Part shown: positions 39,550-51,810 of the stretch, piece after piece
Layout of the letters: each line of letters begins with the position of its first letter
How positions within the stretch are numbered: the stretch's first letter is position 1
DNA from: Lingula anatina
Lineage: Eukaryota > Animalia > Brachiopoda
DNA length: 64,000 nt
Reading direction: 5' to 3'
Assembly: GCA_051362555.1 (NCBI GenBank)
Contig: JBPQGU010000016.1
Coordinates: 2,170,001 to 2,234,000, forward strand
Position numbers and translations under genes: made by a program
The notes under the pieces: generated by a model
The model's input: only the letters and a program-made list of their open reading frames with translations
The model's database searches: none
Told to the model about the DNA's origin: nothing

Positions 39550-39790
39550 GCCTGGATGGCTTAAATGGTAGGGTGCTCGCCTCCGGTGCAGTAGGTTGTG
39601 GGTTCAATCCCCGGCCGGGTCATGCCAAAGACCATCATAAAAATGGTACCTACTGTGTCCTTGCTTAGCACTCAGCATATAAAGGTTAAAGTAGGGAACA
39701 AAGCCAGTATTGTAGAATGACTGGTGACAGAGGCCCATGTGGAAGATAAGCTTACGCTTAACATGTTTAACCTCTTTCAATAAAGTTTAA
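39550..39790 (+). mobile_element. tRNA-derived SINE (conserved core resembles the Meta-SINE type)
   Basis: Pol III A box TGGCTTAAATGG and B box GGTTCAATCCC, then the core GGTCATGCCAAAGAC...AAAAATGGTACC...GCTTAGCACTCAGCAT and an AATAAA-containing tail. Confidence 0.85.
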
Positions 39791-41789
39791 ATAGTACATG
39801 ACAACGGGTTAATGTTTGCTGTACCATAGTGATTACAAGATGTCACAACAAAAACAAACACGTGTAATAAGTCACAGACACAGGCACTAGACACATGTAT
39901 CAAAGCATAACTCCAAATTGAATTTAAAATTATTCTGTATTGAGTGCAAAATTATTTGAACGGAGTATAGAAAAGTGCAATTGGATGAGTAGGTTCAATA
40001 TGCGAAAAAAAGCTAAAGACAATCGTTATTGAGCGTCTAGATATTGTGCATATTGATATATATATATCCTGTTTCCTTTTTTCTTTCAAAGAGAACCGAG
40101 TTTTCAGATGAAGGCTTCATCTGATTTGGTAAATAGATTAATTTTATTAAAATTTTATGGAAGGTTTAATTTTTTTAATTTGACTTCATGTATAAGCTGC
40201 ATCAAACACCATTGCATGTTGACAAATGTATTGCTTATGTTGTATATTATGCATGGAGTTAATTGTGTTATTACTGCGAAGGTAGAATGTTGCTGTTAAG
40301 CTTAATAATGAATTATCAACGAATTAAACAAAATGTACTCGCTTTGGACGATGTTTACTTAAAATAATGAGAAATGGAAGCAGTTTCGATTTTAATATGG
40401 TAAATTGACATGTCCTATTTGTAAATACATTTAACAAGAAGGCGTTGGTTTATGTAATGCAGCTGTTTCCACATAGAAATAACATGAGCTATCTTTGTGA
40501 TTTATGCATTTTATGTTGTTTAATATTGCTTTGCCTTAAATAACGAAAAAGGAGTGTTTCTTGTGAAAGTTGAGAATTCGAATATTAATTCCCTTGAAGA
40601 AAAGTAGTTGAGTTTATGTCTTACAATTTTACCAGTTTCAATTTATAATTTAAAATGAATCAAATAAGGTAAAGGATAGGGACTTATTGAGTGTAAGTTT
40701 TATTTCAAATAATGTGCAATATGATTTTGAGTTAGAAAAAGATGAAAATGCTAAAGTCACGTTTTATTTGGTTGGTTAATATTAAGATCAAATTGTAATA
40801 TGTACAACGTGCATAACACTTACTTAGTTTTCGATATGATCCAAGTATGACTAATTCAAACAATACTTTTCATTTTCTTAATTGAAAACAAGTCACTTAG
40901 AAATATCCTAATGGGGAAATAGTAAATGGTTTAATGCAACATGAGAATGAAAAATCACTGCTTATCACGTAAAATAAACTGGAAAAGCGAAAAAGAGAAC
41001 AAATATTTGTGTATTTGAATAAAATATAAATTAGTGAATAAATGTTTGAAAGCTCCAAATCGTCTTAGTCGTATCTGTAACTTTCCTTATTCTTTTATTA
41101 TATGTTGTTTTTACTCTGTAAAATTAGTTGTACAAATCCAATAAATCAGATTCCTCTTGGTAATAAAAACAATTTGGCAACACGGTGCTTTCCATAATGC
41201 TGATCAATTACAACAACTAATTTTACAAGATTAAGCAATGAAGATCTTATATATATATATGGGGCAGAAAAGTAGGTCACATAAGTAGGTTAAATTTTGA
41301 CCAAAAACTTTAAGACCAGTCTAAAGCTCTTTTATGGCTGATGGAGTGATTTATTCAGTTTGTCCCTTGGCATGTCGACGACTTTATATGAGTCTTTTAA
41401 GAATCTAGTAGACGTACGTTATATGTGTTACTGGCAACCCACGCTCCACCGATGCTCGGTTCATATGTAGGCCTATCCTTAAGTAATAATTCAAATAATA
41501 AAAACGTTTTCACGACGTTATCAGATGGTTACATGATGGTAATGGTATAGAAGAAGATTATGGTCACGTTATGGGTGTTTTTTACTCCATGCAAATTAAT
41601 GTAGAGTAACGTTCTAATTTGTAGAAAGATTCGAAGACCGTTTCTACAAAATTTTATGATAACGTTATTTTGTGGAGTATTATCAACGTTTATATAACAT
41701 TCCGGGAAAAAAACATTATATAATGTGTTGAAAAACTTTTTAAATAAACAACCATAACACGCCTTATGCTCATTGAACTACTTTTTCCT

Positions 41790-42403
41790 CATGTGCCATC
41801 ACCGATTCGGTGTTTGACGAACGATGATATTCTGCCAAAGGGTTCTATTTCTCGCCCATGACCAAAGGTGTCTTGTTGGTAATTCAAAATTGTCAAGAAA
41901 GGATTTTCGATGTCTGCCTCGGGCACTTTTGCCAGGTATTCTTCCGCTCAGGCTAAGACCTTCTAATCCCTCTTTTCTGATGCAATGTCCTAAGAACTTC
42001 AATTGTCTTTCTCTGACAGTGTTGAGAAGCTGTCTTTTTTATCAATCTGTTTAAGGGCCTCTTCATTTGTAACATGCTCAATGTAGGAGATTCGGAGCAT
42101 TCGCCTGTAGAACCACATTTCAGCTGCTTCAATGTTACGTTGAGTTTCTGCTGTCAAAGTCCAAGACTCACAGCCATACAGAAGAGTAGACCAGACATAG
42201 GTTTTAAGGAGGCGATCCTTGAAGATTGGGCCGAGTCAGGTGAATGCATTTTTCGCTTGGCCAATTCTTCTTTGGATTTCTGTCTTGCAATAGGCGTAGG
42301 ATGTCACAAGTGCCCCGAGATAGTTGAATGAGGAGACCTGGTCGATGGGAGTGTTCCCATGAAGCAATGTGCAATGTGGTGTGACCTCTGACTTTGAAAC
42401 CAC

Positions 42404-42434
<31 letters not shown>

Positions 42435-44575
42435 ACATGTAGTCCAAGCTTTGTGCTGAAGGCAACAGCGGCATCAAAGAGATTATGGAGATCCTCCCTT
42501 GATGTAGCTAAAAGAACTCTATCATCGGCATAGCGGAGATTGTTTATCCTGACACCATTGACTGTAGACGATCCTCCAAATCTCTCAAGATCATTTCAGA
42601 GTATAAGTTCAAAAGGTCTGGAGACATGACACAGCCCTGACACACTCCTCTTTTGATGGGAAACCAGTTGGCCATGCCTTCAGGAAGGCGGACTGATGCA
42701 AGCTGATCACAGTAGACTAATCTTATAACCCGCATGTCTTTGTCATCGATTTGAATTTTTGCAAGCATTTTGAAGAGCTCCTCATGTCGGATCTTGTCAA
42801 AGGCTTTCTGATAGTCAATGAAGACCATGTACAGGTCTTATTGATGTTGTAAGGTTCTCTTGCTGAGCATTCTGAGAACAAATATGGCATTTCTGGTGCC
42901 TCTGTCTTTCATGAAACCAAACTGGTAGGGTGGAATTTCTGGCAGAATTTTGCGTCTAATTCTTTGTAAGATGATTTTCAATAGGATTTTGAGAATGTGG
43001 GGCATCAGGCTTATTGTGGGATGACTTGAACAATCAAGTGTCCCTGGGACTTTGGGTAGAGTGATGAAGATGGATTTGAGTATGTCCTTTGGAAACTTTC
43101 CAGTCTCATAGATTTCACTGACTAGACTCCAAATCATATCAGTACCTTCTTTTCCAAAAGCTTTGAGCATCTCTGTGTATACCTCATCTGGTCCAGCTGC
43201 CTTTCCGACTTTTATATTTCCCAGTGCCCACTTCACCTCTGACTTTAGAATTGGTGGACCGGTTTTTGCAGTTTCCAGAACAATGCCCTCTGATTCTTGG
43301 TCGTCATCGAAGAGATCTTGAATGTATTCTTCCCAGCGAGCTGGGATATCTTTAAATTCCTGTAAGACATGACCATCGGCAGCTTTAATGCATTTGGAAG
43401 GAGGGGAAGATCGTTTACCTACTATCTGGTTGATCTTTTGAAACATTTTCTTGGCATTGAAACTAAGGTTCTCAACTTCTTGGCATTTTTCCTCTAACCA
43501 AACTTCTTTTGATTTGCGGCGTTTCTTGATGTATTCTTGGTTTATTTGTTTGTATTGCACAGGGTTGTATTTGCAGATTCTTCTTTTCTGTGAGAGATCT
43601 TTGAGTTCAGAACTGAACCAGTAGGATGATGGTTTCTTGGCTTCCATTTTGGGAATGTTGTTCTCAGCTGCCTCTTGAATAGTTTGCGTGATTTGGTGGT
43701 AGTGTTTTTCTATATTATTGTTTTTCTTATATTGGCAGACTTTTTAGAACTTCCCTTTAAAATTTGTTGCATATCTCTGGGTCACGTTGCATGGCTGTGA
43801 AGTCGAACTTTGGTTTGACTTTGGATTTTTGGATGCGCTTGAGTGATAATTTGAATTTGGCTATCACTGGATTGTGATCTGAAACAACATCTGCTCCTGG
43901 GAATGCATGGGAATTCTTAATAGCATTTTGGGATCTTGAATTGATTGCAATAAAGTCAATCTGATTCCTGGCTTGGTCACCAGGACTGATCCATGTGTAG
44001 CGTATTCTTGGATGTACTTTGAACCAGATATTGGTGATGAATAGGTTCTTATCTCTGCACCAGTCTACAAATCGGTCCCCCTGTTCATTCCTTTCACCTA
44101 AACCAAACTGTCCCTTTGTCTTTCCGTCACCTCCCTCACCTACATTGGCGTTGAAATCGCCCATAACTATATTGATATCATCAGACTTGCAGGAAGACAT
44201 CAATTCATAGAGAGATTGGTAAAAATCATTGATCTCAAAGGACTAGCTTTAAGTTTAACTAGCATCATTCGGTCGTTTTTGGGCCAAAAAGAAAGAACCG
44301 AGTTGGCAAAGCTCTTGTTAAGAATCAAAGCAACGCCATGAACATGTTGGTTCCATCCAGAAAAGAGAATACGTTTCCTGTCTTTTGTAAAATCACCCGA
44401 CTTAGGCCACCGTATCTCGCACAAACCTAAACAATGGATGTTCATTCTGTCCATTTCTACAAGGACATTGTCCAGTGTCCCTGTTTAATACAGTGTTCTG
44501 ACGTTCCATGTACCGATCTATTTGAACTACAGTTGGCTGTTAATTCCAAAATGGGCTTGGGGTTAGTCGACGACT
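41790..44575 (-). mobile_element. Near full-length degenerate RTE-clade LINE (APE endonuclease + RT)
   Basis: Motifs GTWNVRT, LCEIRW, VMGDFNA, QIDFI, SDHNPV, GKAAGPD, FIDYQKAFD, GVCQGC, LRYADD and GKSARGR. Multiple frameshifts. Confidence 0.93.
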
Positions 44576-45001
44576 AGAGCGGTGCGAATGGTAGAATATT
44601 CGGTTTATCGGTACCGAAAAAAACAGGATGTGAGGAAAGCTTAAATAAACTATTATAATGAATACCTACCATCATCCTGATGTTCTTTTGTCCATTACTT
44701 CCTGGAAAATAAATAGACATCAATACCGTAACGCATTTTATCAAAATATGAAAAAAAGGTGTATAAAATAAAAGTGATTGTTGTTTCGTGTCTTAAGTGA
44801 ACTATTTTTTTTTCAGAAATACATTCCAATAAACTTCCTCGCACGGTCAGCTAACACAAGGATGAATAAGTCCAGCTGTAAATGTGATGGTGTGAAGTCA
44901 ACGATGTTGACAGTTCAAGGTACCCTGTTATAGTTAGAGATAGCTATAGCAGTTAAAGGTGACCGTGACTGTGCGCGCGCGCGCGCGTGTGTGTGTGTGA
45001 G

Positions 45002-45040
<39 letters not shown>

Positions 45041-45632
45041 AAAACAGTTGAATGCCTCAGCACCTAAAAGTTAAACAAATACACCTTACCTTTATTGGGC
45101 ATCAAACGCGTCATACTGCTAAACACATTCGGTCTTAAACCGTGTAACATGTTAAGGAGCTAAACGTGCTTAGGAGCTAAACGCGTTGAGGAATAATAAA
45201 AATGAAAACGACTTTTTTGTAGATTATATTTCAAATCTTTATACCCAATAAAATGTACAGTGAAAATTCAAAAATAATCAGCAGACAAGTGAAACCAAAT
45301 AAAAGTGGATAGGCTTGAGAAAAGTGAAAACATTAAACAAAACTGACAAAATTTGTTTAAAACTTCTTCATTAGACCCTTGAGAACAACAGGGGACGAAA
45401 TTGAGTTATTCATATTTTGATACAAAAAACATAAAATGAAAGGACTGTAGCAAACTTTAATTCCAGAATGCAAGATGATCATGTTTTTTAAATTAAAAAA
45501 AAATTTTTTTGAGTCCCTTAAAAATAAGGGGCGGCAAAACTGAAACAATTACATTTATAGGGAAAGAAACAATTTGAAATAATTGTAGCAAACATAATAT
45601 TCAGTATGCACTGATTTGCTTGTTCACGCAAA

Positions 45633-48600
45633 ATGCGGCAAAATAAGTTGAAAAGTAAAACAAGTGTATTTAAATAATAATTGTTATTATTATTATTATT
45701 TGTTGTTGTAATTAGAATATTTATAAGTATTTATCATTGTTTGTTTCATTTAGAGAACAGTAGTGTATAAGTTTTGAGATTATATTACCAGTGACCCATT
45801 GTTACGGGTCAATTATTTTTGAGAGTAATGAGCAGATCATACTGGGCTGGAGACCACTCGTGATTTAGCAGCAGATGCGCATGGGGGCTAGCCCATCGTA
45901 TGATTTTGTCACAGATACGCATGGGGCAAGCCCACCGTATATGTATACATTTTTTTATTTGAACAACAGGATTATCTCCAAGTTTATGTAGCTGAAATTC
46001 GAGTAAGTTATTATTATTTTATTATTTATTTGTTCATTATACATGTAGTATCATAAATTATGCGTTTACTTTGCTCATGTTCACCATTAATTGTACTCCA
46101 TTATCATGTTAGTATTATCATTTTTATTTTTATTCATTGCGTTTATTTTTATTATTTTTTTAGTTTCACCATTTGTCTTATGTATGATGTGATGATGTGA
46201 AATAAAAGCTACTGAGATAGGAATCCTGAGTTGTTCAACAGTGAAATCGAATGCAGAGTCCCTGTCGGTGATATTCGAATACCGAGTCCTACCCAGTGAG
46301 CCACCTGTCTGTGTCTTTGTGTCCAACGCCTGGTCCCCTCTTCGTGTTACAGAGGAGGGTGAACGTTCCACCGCGCCGACAATATGAGTGAACCAGAGAA
46401 AATGGAGGATCTACGCCGGGCGAGAAGAGCGCGTAAGGGCGTGGTCACTAGATGTATTGGGGCAGTGGAAAGAGCCGTAGCTGAGGAGGACTCTAAACTA
46501 GTAGGGAGTAAGCTAGATAAGCTTAAAGACACTTTCTCGTCTTTTGGATCATTTCATGACCAATTTCATAGTTTACTTGTTGATGATGAAGTAGAATCAA
46601 GCGAAGCATGGTTTCGCGAAGTAAAAAACAATTTTATTGAATTCAATTCAATTCAATTTATTTCTGTACTAGTACATAGATTGTCATTACCTTGTACAAT
46701 ATGATATACTGATGACGATGTAATACAATCAGTGCATTACCATTTCTCTAGTTGGTATTATGTTGCCTAGCCATTTGTGAATGAAAAAATAATCTTTATA
46801 TAATGAACATAATACTACTAAATTACTCATAAAATAGTCTATGCAATGAGATATTCTAAGCAATGAGATAAATCTTGGTGTGATTATAAATTTACCATAA
46901 ACACACTGTAAACATGTTACACAAAGGGATATGTTTAAACTTAAAACCACAGTTACATATCTGCTTACATGGCTGTTTAAAGCCAGTTTGATGACAAAGA
47001 TAATTACGATTAATGACAATTACATAAGACAGATACTCATAGGTAAATACGTTACACAGATATAAATATTGTGCCATGTTCAGTCCCACTGCCGAGTCAC
47101 TTCTCACAACAGTGGGACCATACACTGACATATGCTAGGAGTTACCAAGCAGAGCAACCATTTCACTTCTTTTCTTGAATGATTTGATTTGAAGTTGGAG
47201 AGGGACACATCTTTGTTGGCACTGTTAAATACACGACATAATTGACTGTCTGGTGACCTTGTATCAGCTTTAAGGATTGAGGTTTTACTAAAAAATGTGA
47301 CTCGGTCTGCTTTGTACATTGGGCATTGGAATATAAAATGGTATTCATGTTCAATTACCTCTTGGGTGCACAGGTGACAGATTCTGTCGCACCTGGTGTG
47401 CCGCCCAGTTTCGATGTGGAGTTTATGGTCACTGAGACGTAGTTTAGCAAGGGTTCACAAGGTGTCGTAATTTGTTATTTTATCAACATAAGTTGCCCTT
47501 TCACACTTTTGGTTAAGTATACGGAAGAGAGACAATTTACTGTTGGCTTGAAGTTTCCTATTGCATATTTGGGAAAAGTGGTCATTTTGTCTTTGTTTGA
47601 AAATTGTGATGAAGTTTTTTGGAGGTGACTGGCTAAGCCACACATCTCCAAGGCCAAATTTTGAAAAGGATTTTTCGGATCCCCTCAGACTATGACATAT
47701 AAGCTGGTCTGAGTGTGTGGACTGCGGGAGGAACATAGGGTGTCAGCTTGTAACTATTTATCTCTTGTATGTATGCTTGCTTCATTAGTGTATCATCAGA
47801 CATTTGAATTATTTTACACCATAGTTTGACAGATGCAAACTGTATTTTGGTATAGAGGGGAAGGCGGCCAAGTTCAGTGTATACACCATAGTTTGATACA
47901 TTTTGATGGAGGCCAAGGATTTGTTCGCAAAATGTTAAGTGTAACTTTTCTGTAGGGCAGTTATCCATTGACACAGAGTAGCCCCATATCTCTGAGCAAT
48001 ATGTAAGGATTGGGGAAATGAGGGTATCAAATAATTTCTCTTTTAAGGATGTGTTAACATTACTCTGAAGCGGAAGAGACTTGGACAGACTGAAGATTGC
48101 CTTTGTAGCACGTTGGAGGAGATTACTTTGGGTTTCGATTTAGAAGGAGACCTAGATACATGTATTTGTTGACCTCTTGGATTGGTTTTCCATAGAGAAA
48201 AAAATTTCACTGTGGGATTTTGATTTTGAGTTGAAAATAACTATTTTAGTTTTGGTGACATTTACAGTCAGTCTCCACTTGTTACAGAAATTTTCTACAA
48301 TTTCCAAACTTTGCCTTAGCCCCTTGGGGGTCTTGGACATAAGGATGAGGTCATCAGCATAGAGTAAACCTTGTATTGGTATTCCATTTATATCTGGACT
48401 TGCAGCACTTTCGCCATCAATTGATCTAAGAAGGTCATCAATAAAAATATTAAAAAGAAGTGGGCTCAATATGTCACCTTGTTTTACACCTAGTCTTGTA
48501 TTAAAGGCCGGGGATTTACCACTACTTGTCTTAACACATGCTTGGGAGTTTTCGTACATGCTCTTAATGTTTTTGTACATAAGCCCTCTTATTCCTAGAG

Positions 48601-49530
48601 TACTTAGCTTGAACAGTAGTCCATTGCTCCAAACACTATCGAATGCTTTTGAGAAGTCAATGGAACATGTGTATAATTTTTCTTTCCTTTTATACATTTT
48701 GTAATAATGGACTTAAGTATAAAGATGTTATCTGAAGTACCATGACCATGTTTAAACCCAGTTTGATGAGGTAGGGGTACCCCTTGTTGTGATGCGTGTT
48801 CAACAGGACCGAGTTGTACAGCTTTCCGAGGCAGCTTGTAATAGATATTCCCCTGTAGTTGTTAACATTTGATTCGTCACCAGATTTGTGGATAGGGACT
48901 ACATGTATATATGCCTTGTTCCATATTGATGGGTACTTAGCACTTTTGAATATGATATTGAACAATTTTACAATTACATCTATAAGATAATCCTTCCCTG
49001 ATTTTATCATTTCGTTTGTTACCTTGTCTTCCCCTGTTGATTTGCCATTTTTCAATTTTTTGATATTGTTCATGATCTCATCAGCACTAATGTCATGGTC
49101 AAGTGCAGTTCTGTCTGAAGAATTCATTTCACTTTGCCTTAGTTTATTTTCTATTTTAAGCTTGAAATCTTTATCAAAGTTATGTTTACTTGATTCAGTT
49201 TCCTCACAAAGACTTTTAAAATACTCATAAAATTCACTTGGTTCAATAAATTCAGTTTGTGTAGACTCCATATTTAAATCTTTAACCGCTTTCCAGAATA
49301 TTTGGGATTTGCATTTTCCATGGATTGCAACTTTTGAAGAAGGCCTTTTTTATATTCTTTTTTTTTTTTTTTTTGCTTTCTTACATCCTTTCTTATAACG
49401 ATTGAATGTTTGGTAATATGATGCATTGACTGAATTGTCAAAGGATTTCTTGCTCCTAAGTTTTGCTAAGTTTTTTAAGTGGGACCTCAGGGATTTTAAG
49501 TCATTGCTGTACCATGTTGCCCTTTTCTTG

Positions 49531-49561
<31 letters not shown>

Positions 49562-51155
49562 TGGACTGAGGTGTATTTTCTTGATTTAAGAGCCTTTTCA
49601 GCTGCAGTTGTGAATATTTAATTTACTAAGGGTAATGCCTCTTCAGGGGAGAGAGCTTGTGACATAAAGTAATCAACCTTTTGTTTTGTTTCCATGTTAC
49701 CCAGGGCCTCGACAAATTTAATATGAGAATCATTTTCCCAAATGAATTTAGTTGGCTTTGGCATCAGCTGAATTGATTTTGTATGTATGTTGTAAGTAGT
49801 TTTGCAGTACAGTTCAAGTTCAAGTAGGGCGTGGTCAGAAAATATTGACAGATCATTGACGTGAAAGTTTGGGATGCTGCTGTACAAAGTGGCGCTACAG
49901 ATGACGTGATCAACAACGCTGTTACCAGCTGGTTGTTAACAAGTATATTTGCCAAGTAGATCACCTAGTTTACGGCCATTTAAAATTCTTATATTGCAGT
50001 CTTTGCATAAGTCTAGCCTCCTATCTTACCAAAGAATCACCCTGTGTCCCGTTTGATTATTCAAGATTGTCACAATGATGTGCATTTGCGATGTGAGTGG
50101 ACATTGAGTCGAGTTCGGAAGAAATATTGGATAGTGGGTGCGAGGAATTCGATAAAGCATGTTGCACGGATGTGTGTAGTTTGCAAGCGATTATATGCGC
50201 CGACAATTGGCCAAAGAATTGCTGATTTGCCACCAGAACGTTGTCAAGCAGGAGGTCCCCCTTTTGATATAGTGGGAATTGATCTCTTTGGTACCCTTAT
50301 GGTCAAGGTTGGTCGATCTCAAGTAAAACGCTATGGTTATGTTTTTACTTGTTTTAAGACTCGGGCAATTCACCTTGAAGTTTTAGAAAGTCTAGAGACG
50401 GGCACATTTCTCAACGGATTTATTCGTTTTGTTTCTAGACGAGGGTGTCCAAGTAAAATATTTAGTGACAATGGTACAAATTTAGTGGGTGCTGCAGCTG
50501 AAATCTCACGTTGTTTGAGTCAGATTGACAAAAACAAAATTGTGTATCATGCCAGAAGCAAGGGAATAGAGTGGGTTTTTAATCCTCCTTATGCATCCCA
50601 TTTCGGTGGTGTGTGGGATAGAATGGTGAGAACTATCAGAAAAATTCTGATGAGTTTGGGGTCGTCAAGATCAATGTACGACTGGTCTTTACAAACTCTT
50701 CTATGTGAAGTTGAGTGTATTGTGAATGGACGTCCCATAACCAAAGTCAGTGAAAGTGTTCAGGATTTAGATGCTCTCACACCCAATCACTTACTCGCAT
50801 TGAGAGCTGTACCGTCACTTCCTTAGGGAAAGTTTGACACGGCTGATACGTACAGAAGGTTATGGAAGCATATCCAAGTCATTACGACTTAGTTTTGGAA
50901 AAGATGGTCCAGCGAGTATCTTGTATTGCTTCAGAGCCGTTCAAAGTGGCATAAAATTTGAGAGAATTTAAAACCGGGCGATCTAGTTCTTATGGTAGAT
51001 CAAGACTTGCCGTGTGGCTATTGGCCCTTAGCTATCGTGGAATCAACCAAAACTAGTCGCGACGGTCTATAGAGTGCCACCGTACGCACACGCAGCGGTA
51101 AATACATTAGACCAGTTAATAAGTTGTATATTAAAGAAGGAGACTTATAATTGTC

Positions 51156-51186
<31 letters not shown>

Positions 51187-51810
51187 AGACGAGTGTTGCC
51201 GACCCATGCGGCAAAATAAGTTGAAAAGTAAAACAAGTGTATTTAAATAATAATATTAATTATTATTATTATTATTTGTAATTAGGATATTTATCAGTAT
51301 TTATCATTGTTTGTTTCATTTTGAGAACAGTAGTGTATAAGTTTTGATATTATATTACCAGTGACCCATTGTTACGGGTCAATTATTTTTGAGAGTAATG
51401 AGCAGATCATACTGGGCTGGAGACCACTCGTGATTAAGCAGCAGATGCGCGATGGGGCTAGCCCATCGTATGATTTTGTCACAGATACGCATGGGGGCAA
51501 GCCCATCGTATATGTATACATTTTTTTTTATTTGAACAACAGGATTATCTCCAAGTTTATGTAGCTGAAATTCGAGTAAGTTATTATTATTTTATTATTT
51601 ATTTGTTCATTATAGTATCATAAATTATGCGTTTACTTTGCTCATGTTCACCATTAATTTTACTCCATTATCATGTTAGTATTATCATTTTTATTTTTAT
51701 TCATTGCGTTTATTTTCATTATTTTTTTTTTAGTTTCACCATTTGTCTTATGTATGATGTGATGATTTGAAATAAAGGCTACTGAGATAGGAATCCTGAG
51801 TTGTTCAACA
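45633..51810 (+). mobile_element. BEL/Pao LTR retrotransposon, internally deleted and LINE-interrupted
   Basis: Near-identical ~610-bp LTRs at 45633-46240 and 51194-51810 (TGTTG...CAACA). Gag N-terminus at 46384-46640. Integrase at 50017-51150 (DLFG, FTC..TRAIHLE, SDNGTN, GGVWDRMVR, LTPNHLL, GDLVL, RPVNKL). Confidence 0.93.
46636..50016 (-). mobile_element. LINE (RTE-X/L2-like) nested in the BEL element
   Basis: APE end (RILNGR, SDHA), RT (NYRGIS, IDFSKAFD, GVKQGD, LLYADD), ELGRLPL, C-terminal Cys motif. 3' AATAAA plus (TTGAA)n tail at ~46636-46662. Confidence 0.92.

Noticed and set aside
39550-39622. tRNA gene
   Set aside because: A and B boxes are present, but the sequence runs straight into a SINE core and tail and I cannot fold a convincing cloverleaf.
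50044-50826. Domesticated integrase gene
   Set aside because: It sits between BEL LTRs and is followed by in-frame stops in the rest of the integrase. It is an ordinary retroelement remnant.
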